A stretch of DNA of 62,943 nucleotides, the filler included, from Octopus bimaculoides (taxonomy: Eukaryota), in assembly GCF_001194135.2 (NCBI RefSeq). It is 8 parts of 8 records of this genome, joined end to end, with 100 filler letters (N's around TTAATTAATTAA, not from the genome) between each part and the next. Parts side by side here need not be neighbours in the genome. Positions count along the whole stretch, not along the records: positions 1 to 24,511 come from NC_068997.1; positions 24,612 to 27,461 come from NC_069002.1; positions 27,562 to 30,074 come from NW_026317824.1; positions 30,175 to 46,226 come from NC_069007.1; 4 more parts are not named here. One strand, 5' to 3'. The notes beneath the pieces are model-generated. The model ran no database searches, was not told where the DNA came from, and saw only the letters and a list, made by a program, of their open reading frames with translations. The position numbers were made by a program, and so were the translations under genes. Of the stretch, positions 23,143-34,850 are shown piece after piece (within the stretch, counting starts at the first letter, position 1; each line of letters starts with the position of its first letter).

Positions 23143-25488
23143 GTAAGAGAATGTATATAATAAGAACACGACAGGTTTGTTTGGTGGAACTTGTTACCGC
23201 CTGTGCTAGATCCACAGCAATTGAAATCTAATCTGTATAACAGTCTAACAAAATATCTCAATTCCACATTGGTCCCACTCCATCCACTGGGAAATGGATC
23301 TCACCTAGATATTAATTAATATTAATCTGTGTATTATTAATGTGAAATAATAAGATAAAAGGATATATTGTATGGATTTGAAGACTGTTATTTGTAAAAA
23401 AAAAAAAAAAAAATGCATAAATAAACAGCTTCAGAATGGAAATCATTGCATGGATTCTTTGTTCCTAGTCATGTACTGGATATAATTGTGAAGCAGCACA
23501 AGACTAACCACTATTGAAGGTATTTAAAAATGAAAGAAAAATGCTAACAAATCAAAACAACAACAACAAAATCAATAAACGGTCGAAGTGCAATTATTTA
23601 AGCGGCCTATCTAAACAACTATTTCCTATAAACATGGCGATGAGAATTTTACGATCAGTGTTCAGGGAAATCATTGGTATTGATGAATCGTTGCTAATTC
23701 CAATTTCGATGAAGTTCCGTTTTAAAGCGCTCTGCAAGCTGTAAAGTTGAATGATGTGCTGCCAAAACCTCAATCAGACAAAAGCTCGTGCTGTGTAGAG
23801 GAATCTCTTCCATTTAAATACACGTTTCCTCAATCCATTGAACGCATTGATCGTACGAGAACTAATTACTGCGATTGTAGAATGAAAAAAGAAAAAAAGA
23901 AAGGAATCTTGCCGTATCCATAGAAAGGATCACATTCTTAAAAATCAACATTTTATAGCAGCGTTTGTGTAATTTTAGAGATGTTTCCCCTCCTTCGTGT
24001 CATTTGTGTCAATACTGTGTTCAGTTTTAATAACTACATTTACAAAGCAAATGAAAACACAGAATTGTACAAATGTACACATAAAGAAGTCGTGGTTATC
24101 TAAACACACAATGAAAGACATAAACGCACGTCGATAAGCTTACGCACGGACAAGCGCGCGCACACACACGCACCCGGTTATTCAGGTAAATACATACAAG
24201 AGTAGATATTGAAAGATGTAATAATTAGAAAAATAAACGCACGAACTCACACACACAATCTCACACACAAGCTCACACACATAAACATTTAATTGTGGTT
24301 TATAATTTTAAAGGAAGTTTCAGAATACCAACCGTACATTTGCTGATGAGGGGACTCAATAGAAACAGTAATGTCAAATTTATTGTAAAGTTCGTGTTAG
24401 CTTTACATAAATACATACATAGATTCATATATACATACATATATACTGTTGGGCTAATTCAACATAATCTTTGTGTCAACACAAATATTACAATATATAT
24501 ATATATATATANNNNNNNNNNNNNNNNNNNNNNNNNNNNNNNNNNNNNNNNNNNNTTAATTAATTAANNNNNNNNNNNNNNNNNNNNNNNNNNNNNNNNN
24601 NNNNNNNNNNNATATATATATATATATATATATAAATATATACAATATATATATAATATATACATATAACTAAAGGTATTAAAGCACACACACATATACA
24701 CACATATATATTTATATCTACATATATTCAATAATATTTCAGTTATATATTCGTTTCGGTGTAATTGATTTCATCAGTGTGAATTTTGAATTTAAGCTCA
24801 GTGATGAATTCTATTTGGGTATTCACAGAAACCAGCTAAGGCGAGATTACATTTCGGTCAACAAAGAAACATGTTATACGTAGTCACTGTGTAGTTTATA
24901 GAAATAGAAAGCAATTCAGTTTGGAATTGATTGAAACATGCATGTTATTGGTTATTAATGATTAGATTTGACTAGATTATCCACATCATTATGTGTTTGT
25001 TCTTTAAATGTAGTTTTTGAAATTTCATAAAGTAAACCGTTACGAAAAAATGACACTATAAAAGAACCTGAACGTGTAGAACGAGCGGAATCTATTTTGG
25101 ATGTGAGTCAGGTTTATATACGTGTTAAATTACTTCGCTGCCTTTTTCTGAAAAGAAGCAAAAGGATTGTGTGCGGGATCGAATATATTACTCTACAGGG
25201 CTAAATTCTAAAGGGGCACGTGGACTACTATGGTAGGAACTTAATATAGCGATATATATGTATGTATGTATAGATGTATGTATGTGTGCGTATGTATGTA
25301 TATATATATATATATATATCTTTCACCTTTTACTTGTTTCAGCCATTAGATTGCGGCCATAATGCTCTTAGCTGTATAGGCCACTCGTCAGGCTCGTTGG
25401 CCGGATGCCAAAACAATCAACCTTCTAAGTATTATTGGTCGAATGTTTTAGTGTTCGCTTCTTTTCCGATTTATGAACTACTGACCGC

Positions 25489-25558
<70 letters not shown>
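25489..25558. repeat. (ATCT)n microsatellite abutting a truncated LINE 5' junction
   Basis: Direct reading. Confidence 0.97.
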
Positions 25559-25560
25559 GT

Positions 25561-25757
25561 CTGGGTAAATGTGGCAAGAATGGTAAGAATGAAAGACGAC
25601 ACCATTTTAAGTATAGACTTGTAACAAAAAGAGACAAAAAGAGAGAAGGTACTTACTTTCATGTACCTTTAAAAAAAGAGGCCTGAGGTGACCGTGATCT
25701 TTTCCGAAGGCTTTTCTCTCCACGGATAAACCTAATCTGTTCCCCGTTTTTTTTACA
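25561..25757 (+). mobile_element. 3' end of an unclassified LINE, 5'-truncated, runs into a gap
   Basis: C-terminal codons WVNVARMVRMKDDTILSIDL-stop (25624), then a UTR; 25691-25757 aligns with 46452-46518. Confidence 0.6.
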
Positions 25758-26470
25758 NNNNNNNNNNNNNNNNNNNNNNNNNNNNNNNNNNNNNNNNNNN
25801 NNNNNNNNNNNNNNNNNNNNNNNNNNNNNNNNNNNNNNNNNNNNNNNNNNNNNNNNNNNNNNNNNNNNNNNNNNNNNNNNNNNNNNNNNNNNNNNNNNNN
25901 NNNNNNNNNNNNNNNNNNNNNNNNNNNNNNNNNNNNNNNNNNNNNNNNNNNNNNNNNNNNNNNNNNNNNNNNNNNNNNNNNNNNNNNNNNNNNNNNNNNN
26001 NNNNNNNNNNNNNNNNNNNNNNNNNNNNNNNNNNNNNNNNNNNNNNNNNNNNNNNNNNNNNNNNNNNNNNNNNNNNNNNNNNNNNNNNNNNNNNNNNNNN
26101 NNNNNNNNNNNNNNNNNNNNNNNNNNNNNNNNNNNNNNNNNNNNNNNNNNNNNNNNNNNNNNNNNNNNNNNNNNNNNNNNNNNNNNNNNNNNNNNNNNNN
26201 NNNNNNNNNNNNNNNNNNNNNNNNNNNNNNNNNNNNNNNNNNNNNNNNNNNNNNNNNNNNNNNNNNNNNNNNNNNNNNNNNNNNNNNNNNNNNNNNNNNN
26301 NNNNNNNNNNNNNNNNNNNNNNNNNNNNNNNNNNNNNNNNNNNNNNNNNNNNNNNNNNNNNNNNNNNNNNNNNNNNNNNNNNNNNNNNNNNNNNNNNNNN
26401 NNNNNNNNNNNNNNNNNNNNNNNNNNNNNNNNNNNNNNNNNNNNNNNNNNNNNNNNNNNNNNNNNNNNNN

Positions 26471-26733
26471 GACCAAAGCCTTGTGAGTGGATTTGGTAGA
26501 CGGAAACTGAAAGAAGCCCGTCGTATATATGTATATATATATATGTGTGTGTTTGTGTGTCTGTGCTTGTCCCCCCCCACCATCACCTGACAACTGATGC
26601 TAGTGTGTTTACGTCCCCGTAACACAGCAGTTCGGCAAAAAGAGACCGATAGAATAAGTCCTGGGGTCGATTTGCTCGACTAAAGGCGGTGCTCCAGCAT
26701 GGCCGCAGTCAAATGACTGAAACAAGTAAAAAA
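26471..26733 (+). mobile_element. SINE family B (5' end lost in a gap), well preserved
   Basis: GACCAAAGCCTTGTGAGTGGATTTGGTAGACGG...GGCCGCAGTCAAATGACTGAAACAAGTAAAA. Confidence 0.92.
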
Positions 26734-26970
26734 GAAAAAAAGAAAGAAAAATATTTTTAAAAAATTGGAAAAGCATAAACTCCACAGATCTTCATACTTT
26801 AAATGCACTGAACAGTAGTTTCATAAATGTTCCTGATGATTAGGGTTCACGCGCAGCTTAAGATTAATTTAATTTAAATTGATTATGTATTAGAATTATG
26901 TACTCATATATTTGACGGAGTTTATCGTAATGAAACAATTCTTCTTTGAAATAATTCGTTGTCTTAATAA

Positions 26971-27065
26971 TAAGACAACGAGCTAGAAGAATTGGTAGAA
27001 CGCCGGACAGAATGCTTAGAAGAATTTCGTTCGGCTCTACGCTCTGAGTTCAAATTCCGCCGAGG
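26971..27065 (+). mobile_element. SINE family A head
   Basis: TAAGACAACGAGCTAGAAGAATTGGTAG...CTGAGTTCAAATTCCGCCGAGG. Confidence 0.8.
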
Positions 27066-27392
27066 ATATGTCTTCCACTCATTCCCTATCTATCACTGGT
27101 TACTATATCTGTAACTGTCTTCCCTGGAATATCTGGTACAGTTTCGTAGCAGCTAAATGAGTTTAGACGTACAGAATAAAAGTATATTTGTTTGAGAAAA
27201 AAGAAAAAGAACATACACAAAAAACAACAAAGAAAAAACAAAAAAGAAGCAAACCAAATACAAACAAAGATAAAGATAAAACACTGATATAATGAATTGA
27301 CCGATGTCTCAATGAACAGATTCATTAGTCTTAATTTAATGTGACCATCAAAACTATTGATTATGTGACGAGGAAAGCTCAATCACTAACTT

Positions 27393-27461
27393 TAAATTCA
27401 GATTTTGGCACTGGGCCAGCGAGTTCGAAGGAAGGAGTTAGTCGAGTATATCGACCCCCAG
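27393..27461 (-). mobile_element. SINE family A, 3' fragment
   Basis: Reverse complement CTGGGGGTCGATATACTCGACT...GTGCCAAAATCTGAA. Confidence 0.6.
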
Positions 27462-27561
27462 NNNNNNNNNNNNNNNNNNNNNNNNNNNNNNNNNNNNNNN
27501 NNNNNTTAATTAATTAANNNNNNNNNNNNNNNNNNNNNNNNNNNNNNNNNNNNNNNNNNNN

Positions 27562-28772
27562 ATATATTTGGTAGGTTAAAGTCGCCTAGCAAAAGTATAT
27601 TGATGTGTTGGTCCAGATTTGTCAAGACCTCTTCTATGCGTCTCAAATTTACCCTCCTGCTTTGCTGTATTTGGTGGACGGTATGTTGAGCATGCAACTA
27701 CATCAATTTGTTTTATGTGTACTATTAAAGTATCACAGACAGAGTTTGAGTGTGATAGGAGTAGTAGGGGTGTGACATCTCGGATGTACATTGCAACTCC
27801 CCCATGACTTCTATCCTTTTTGTCTGTTCGGAGTACGGCATACTCTGGTATGTTTATCTTCACATCTGCTATATTAGATGTTAGATGCATTTCGGTAAGC
27901 ACTATGCATATTGCTTGATTGCATGCAACTAGGTCTTTCAGGTATAGAAACTTGTCTTTGCCGCCTGTTCATAATAGGCCCCGGATATTCAGTAGGAATA
28001 TGGGTGTGATATCTGTGCAGGGGTTCTCGGTGTTAGTGGTGGCCATCCTTGGTCCATTGTCTGTGGTGGTCTTGGATAGTTGTTTGTGTGGTTTGACTCT
28101 GTACCCTCTGTATCCATGTTAGTTGATGCACTATTTTCTGGGCCATGCTTAAAAAAGCTTGCTGTTCAGCTGCTGCAGTTCGTACAGCCTCTGCATACAG
28201 CCTTTTGTTGGGAGCAGAAGGAATATTTGGACTTCTCTCTTTGTGAGTCCTGTTGGTTCTTGGTGGATTATGGGTATGCAGGTCTCCCTTTTCTGCGCTC
28301 CCGCTTATTTTGTTGTGAGTGGTCACCTAGCTTGTTTAGCTGGTGGTGTTTGGGATGGACAAATTCGCAGTTTGCTACCTTTTCCCCATGCCAACAGGTA
28401 CCCTTTAGGTAGAATTTACAGATAATCTGGGTTTTTTTTTCTTTGCATAACGTGCTTGGGCTTGAAGCTTGTTTGTGTTCACCATTTCTTTGTCTGTTCT
28501 ACTGTCTCTGTCGTTTGGTGTGGTGCTGTGTTGGTTGTATTTACTATGGCCATTGCAGCTTTCTGGTGGCATTTGCCTTGTTTTGGTCATCTGTTTGGCC
28601 TTCCTGAGTTTGAGCACAGTGTGCAGGGTCTTCATTGTCCTTTTTACAGTCTGTGTCTCTCATAATGCCTTCTAGGAGGTCAAGATGTGGTTTTATAAGA
28701 TCATAGGAGCGAATGAGCTCCTGTTTCTTCCGTTCACTTTGAGCCATTGATCTGTAGAAATCCACTGTCACA
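27562..28772 (-). pseudogene. CR1/L2-like LINE fragment: ORF1 C-terminal part plus AP-endonuclease N-terminus of ORF2
   Basis: APE motifs CIVLTEMHL, HGGVAMYIR, STYRPPN and LLLGDFNLPNI (27562-27930, frameshifted); upstream CKFYLKGTCWHGEKVANCEFVH zinc finger (28355-28420); clade not resolved. Confidence 0.85.
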
Positions 28773-29442
28773 TATAGAAAAATTAATAATTAAAAGCACA
28801 ATAAATAAGTATAATATAATACAAAGTAAATATCATAAGATCAAGATAATAAAATGACTAAACGTGTTTCATAACCAATTTTCAAATAGAAAGAAATTTA
28901 AATCGATTAAAACTACCGAAAATTAATTCTATTCAAAAATATAGCTAATCTTCAGGTCAAAATACAACAATAAGAATAATAAATGAATGTATATATCAAC
29001 CAACAATAAATAACAAATGAATATATGTATGTATAATATATAAATTTAATGAATGGAGTAAAACGCATATTTTAACTGCATACTTTAATTTCTGACGTAT
29101 GTTTCGAAGAATTACAATTTATGCGATCTATAGGAATCGGCGATGTTAAAAATGTAAACTTCTCCTTGGAAATGTATGGGAACAAGCTTAAACGTAAGAC
29201 ATTATAACCGAATATGAGAACTATAGTTGGAGAAGGTTATAACGTAATTTATTTGAAAAGACCGTTGGAGACTAGGACGCTACCAGATAGTACGTTGGAC
29301 AAGAAGGGAAGAAAAGAAAAAAGAAAAAAAAAGAAAGAAAATTCAGTGTAGAGTTGGGAGAAAATAGGATAATATAAATCCGATAATAAAAAGGGATCGT
29401 AAAGGGAGTTAATCTCGTGTTTCTACAAAAATACTAAGATGA

Positions 29443-29553
29443 ATGTATATAATCATTTATACCTATGTGTATGCGCATATATACACACAAACATACTTAT
29501 ACTCGAATAAATACATATATGCATACATATATACACACACCTACGTACAAACC

Positions 29554-29597
<44 letters not shown>

Positions 29598-29650
29598 CAT
29601 ATACATACATAAGCACATACATATATACACATGCATACATACATGCGTAA

Positions 29651-29723
<73 letters not shown>

Positions 29724-29760
29724 TCCACACAAACACACATATATGTATATATATAAAAAC
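29443..29760. repeat. Compound (AT)/(CA)/(CATA) microsatellite field
   Basis: Direct reading. Confidence 0.93.
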
Positions 29761-29789
29761 ATAAACATAGAGGCAAGACCTTCGTACAT

Positions 29790-30074
29790 TGGGCCTCACC
29801 GAGGCGATGACTACTGACCGAGACCTTTGGAAATGTGCTGTGCGTGAGAAGACCTGGCAAGCCAAGTGAGATCGTTGCCAGTGCCCCTGGACTGGCTCTT
29901 GTGCGAGTGGCACATAAGATGTACCATCCTGAGCGTGACCGTTGCCAGTACCGCCTGACTGGCCTTGTAGGGTTTTCAAGCGAGATCGTTGCCAGTGCAC
30001 CTGGGCTGGCTCTTGTGCAGGTGTCACATAAAAGTCACCATTTCGAGCGTGGCCGTTTTCGTGCGGGTGACACG
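29790..30074 (+). mobile_element. RTE-clade LINE 3' end
   Basis: GLTEAMTTDRDLWKCAVREKTWQAK-stop, then a UTR with repeated CGTTGCCAGT modules; shares GTGAGAAGACCTGG...GCCAAGTGAGA with 60896-60923. Confidence 0.75.
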
Positions 30075-30230
30075 NNNNNNNNNNNNNNNNNNNNNNNNNN
30101 NNNNNNNNNNNNNNNNNNTTAATTAATTAANNNNNNNNNNNNNNNNNNNNNNNNNNNNNNNNNNNNNNNNNNNNCAGGTGGGTGGTGTATGAATAGGGTG
30201 GGTGGTAAAAGCAACAGAACGAATAGACAC

Positions 30231-30276
<46 letters not shown>

Positions 30277-30731
30277 CCACATCGATAGAGCAACAACAAC
30301 AAGAAAAGCAACACCCACAACAATAACAACAACAACATCGAGGAATTTGAAAAGTCTGACCAAAAGAATGGTATTGCGTTTGGACTATTGTAATATGCTG
30401 TTTGTTCTGATTCCAGCTTAATTGTTATCTTTGCCGTTGTTCTTGTTGTTGGCGTTATTATTATTTTTATTATTATTATTATTATTAGTAGTAGTAGTAT
30501 TGTTATTCTTATTACAACTCTGCGTTCCGTTATTATTAATATTATTAACTATTTCATTACGTTTGCTCAAGCTAATGGCTGGTCTGTAATTACAGCATCA
30601 CAACTATTGGTGCTTATAGCTGCATGAATGAATGGGCAGTCGTAGCGATGGGGGCAGGGATGGTGTTGTTGTTGTTGGTGGTGGAGGTTTTGAACAGAAA
30701 GGCGAGGAGTGTAGAGTGGGAGAGAGTGTAT

Positions 30732-30769
<38 letters not shown>

Positions 30770-31050
30770 AGAGAGAGGGAAAGAGAGATGAATTGAGATA
30801 TATCTTACATAGAGAGGGGAAGGCGGTTCATGAATAAGTGGAGTGAAATGATTTGATAATACATAGATATACATATATACACACATATATATACATTATA
30901 TATACATATATATATATACACATACACACACACACATATATATATATACATACATATATATACATATACATATATGCATATATATATATCCTTATATTTA
31001 TATATATATACATACGTATGCTTATATAAATATATATATACACATATACT

Positions 31051-31099
<49 letters not shown>

Positions 31100-31203
31100 G
31101 CATACATACTCACATGCATATATGTGCACGAAGAAAGTGAAAGAGGGAGGGAGAGAGAGTATGAAGAAATAGAAAATATAGGCTCGTTTAGGAAGTGATA
31201 ATT

Positions 31204-31262
<59 letters not shown>

Positions 31263-31805
31263 GATACATGCTCACACACACACACACACGTTCCTGCAAA
31301 TACACGCATAAAACTTGTGCAGTGATGCAATGAAGTGAAAGCGAAAATGAAAGACTGATAACTGAATGAATTACCGAACGAACCAATGGACAAGCGAATG
31401 GAATAAAGGAATGATGGAATAAACGAATGATGGAATAAACGACTAACTAAATCCATAAATAAAGAAATAAATAAAAAGTTCAAAGTTTATGCTGGTGATC
31501 TCTGGTTAAATTATGAGACAATGGAATGCAGTGGCTTGCATCGGCAGATTGGAGCAGCGGCTGGAAAGTGAATTTACTATATCAATAACTGGTCCATAGA
31601 TACTTCATCTTATTGTGAAAAATTGGGTGGAAGTTTGATGGCGAAGGTAGCAGTAACGGCTAAGATGGACGACCTGGACAGGCCCGACTATAAAACGCCG
31701 TTGCTCTACACATTGTAAGCACGTGGTTTAGGTCTGTTAAGTCTGTAGGACAGCATTGCTACGGAGAAAGCATTCGAAAGAACAATACAAGAATACAAGC
31801 AATGC

Positions 31806-32129
31806 TTAAATAGACAAATCTCGCTCTCTCTGTCTCTTTCTCGCTTTCTTTCCCTTTCTCTCTATCTCTGTATCTTTCTCTCTTTTTTCCTCTCTCTCTA
31901 CATCGCTCTCTCACTGTCTGTGATACATTCTCTCTGTCTTGTTCTCTGTTTTCTTTTACTATCCCCCCTTCTCTCTCTTTGTTAACCGCTTTCTCTATCA
32001 CTCTCTCAAAATCGTCTCTCTCATTCTGTGTTTATCTTTCTGCCTTTTTTTTCTTTCTCTCTTTCCTTCGTTCTTTCTTTCTCCCCTTCTCTTCATCTCT
32101 CCCTCCCTCCATTTCTCTTTCATATCATC

Positions 32130-32175
<46 letters not shown>

Positions 32176-32275
32176 TCTCCCTATCTCTACCCACTCTTCC
32201 TCTCTCATCTCACTTCCCCTCTCTCCTCACACCCCTTCTCTCCCTGATGTCTCTTTCCCTCTTTGTCTTCCTCTG
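31806..32275. repeat. Long polypyrimidine (CT-rich) tract
   Basis: Direct reading. Confidence 0.9.
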
Positions 32276-32503
32276 AATTCAATCATTCAAAATAATCAAC
32301 ATCTAATTTTCAGAAAAAAAAAAGAAAAAACCTCCCCCCAAAAGCCACTCTTCCCCCACCCCCCAACAACAACATATGCACATTAATTTTGCAAATAAAC
32401 TAATCAGAAATTCATAAAAATAACCCCCCAAAAAACAAAAAGCCACCAAACTGTAAACATTCTAAATCCGGAAAAGAAAATAGATTTTAATTAAACATGA
32501 TGC

Positions 32504-32690
32504 TATTATTGTTGTTTAACCGTGGGTCAGACTTAATCCAGAAGATTTAGTTTCAAGACGCTTCTCAGTCGTGAGTGTCTCGTATACTTCCAGGAGATGT
32601 GTCCCTATCTTAGATTACATCATTTTATGTGTCCTTATTGGAAGACAATAGGGTTTGATTTAAGGGAGATTTGGTTTCCACTTTTAGCAT
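32504..32690 (-). mobile_element. Repeat family D
   Basis: Reverse complement ends CTGACCCACGGTTAAACAACAATAATA. Confidence 0.55.
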
Positions 32691-32695
32691 GGCGT

Positions 32696-32995
32696 AAAGC
32701 GGTGGGCTGGCAGAATCGGTAGCATGCCGGACAAGAGGTTTAGCGGCATTTCATCCGGCTTGTTATTCTGAGTTCAAATTCTGCAATGTTCGACTTTGTT
32801 TCTTCATCGATGAATTAAAGTATTAGTCCTGGGGTCGAAGTACTCCGGTTTGTCTCTCCCCTCTTGGACCAAAATTCTAAAGACTTAAAGAAAGGAAGGA
32901 CACAATGGACAATGTAGCCAGTGGCAAACAAAATAAACGGGATAGTCACGCCTAGAACGTCTTGGTTTGTCGATGAATGTAGCTGACTTTTTAGA
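32696..32995 (+). mobile_element. SINE family A head and core followed by a family D-like tail
   Basis: GGGCTGGCAGAATCGGTAGCATG, CTGAGTTCAAATT and CTGGGGTCGA, then GGACACAATGGACAATGTAGCC...CGGGATAGTCACG. Confidence 0.6.
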
Positions 32996-33914
32996 TACTT
33001 AAGGAAGGGCGTTAATGATATTTAGAAATAGAAAGTGATTGAGTGGAATGAAAAGGAATGAAAGTGGAATGAAAAGGAAGAATAATGATCTGTGGTGGTG
33101 GTCATGTTGGGGAACAATGATTAACAACTTAAAACAAATAAATGGATCGATTGTGCTCCTTCTTGTTCTGTTATTTGAACCTAACTGCTCCCTGTTTACC
33201 TCTTTTGCTCATTGACACATTTCTTTGTAGTCTGTAATTCTATCGTCAGGTTTGATAACACCCAAAATAATTTTTTTCTAATTTAAAAAAAAATACTAGC
33301 ACTTTTGAGCTGGAGGGGGTTAGTAAATTACATCGAGCCCAACCGGAACTATTTTATCAACGAATAACGTCAAAAGATTTGAACGCCTAATAATGCCCAA
33401 ACGCAAGATATTCGTTCGAGGCTTCCACGGAACTAGCCATGATAACTTATTGATATATTAGCTGAATAAGTTTGAAATCAATACATGAATAATCTTGTCT
33501 TTAAAGAAGATTAAAGAGACTTATCGTTCTGTTTTTATACCCTTTCAATATCTTATTTCTTCCACCTCTTCTTTTCCTCTCTTTTATTTTTCCTTCATAA
33601 AATAAGCACGCATATTTTTTCTTTATAGTTAAAATATCTTTTAAAAAATATACAAATGAGTTTATCTGACCTTAGGAATCATTGCTTTTGATGTCACCAT
33701 AAAAATCAAATGAAATTCTCTTGTTCCACTCCTCCAGAATTATGGAGCTGAACCAATCAACTCTTAAAATTTTATATATTCTTAATAGACACATCTACTT
33801 ACTCTAAATACTCCGCCCGCCCATTTTCAATTTTTTATCTCTCTGTAACGTTTCTCCTTTCTGTCTCTCCTGATACTCCGCCTCTCAACCCTACTGTTAT
33901 CATAATTTCTCTTC

Positions 33915-33969
<55 letters not shown>

Positions 33970-34642
33970 NNNNNNNNNNNNNNNNNNNNNNNNNNNNNNN
34001 NNNNNNNNNNNNNNNNNNNNNNNNNNNNNNNNNNNNNNNNNNNNNNNNNNNNNNNNNNNNNNNNNNNNNNNNNNNNNNNNNNNNNNNNNNNNNNNNNNNN
34101 NNNNNNNNNNNNNNNNNNNNNNNNNNNNNNNNNNNNNNNNNNNNNNNNNNNNNNNNNNNNNNNNNNNNNNNNNNNNNNNNNNNNNNNNNNNNNNNNNNNN
34201 NNNNNNNNNNNNNNNNNNNNNNNNNNNNNNNNNNNNNNNNNNNNNNNNNNNNNNNNNNNNNNNNNNNNNNNNNNNNNNNNNNNNNNNNNNNNNNNNNNNN
34301 NNNNNNNNNNNNNNNNNNNNNNNNNNNNNNNNNNNNNNNNNNNNNNNNNNNNNNNNNNNNNNNNNNNNNNNNNNNNNNNNNNNNNNNNNNNNNNNNNNNN
34401 NNNNNNNNNNNNNNNNNNNNNNNNNNNNNNNNNNNNNNNNNNNNNNNNNNNNNNNNNNNNNNNNNNNNNNNNNNNNNNNNNNNNNNNNNNNNNNNNNNNN
34501 NNNNNNNNNNNNNNNNNNNNNNNNNNNNNNNNNNNNNNNNNNNNNNNNNNNNNNNNNNNNNNNNNNNNNNNNNNNNNNNNNNNNNNNNNNNNNNNNNNNN
34601 NNNNNNNNNNNNNNNNNNNNNNNNNNNNNNNNNNNNNNNNNN

Positions 34643-34685
<43 letters not shown>

Positions 34686-34799
34686 TGTGTAGGCTTTCGA
34701 TATGTATTTGTTATACATTTTGCACATACTTCCACCCACACACACATTATGTTAAAAATTATTTATATAACTTATATCTACATCGTGTGCGTGTGTGTG

Positions 34800-34850
<51 letters not shown>

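Noticed and set aside
24556-24567. TTAATTAATTAA islands inside gaps (also 27506, 30119, 46271, 49609, 51722, 59527)
   Set aside because: Identical palindromic 12-mer with stops in all six frames, centred in 100-base gaps (44 N each side where counted); an assembly spacer, not biology
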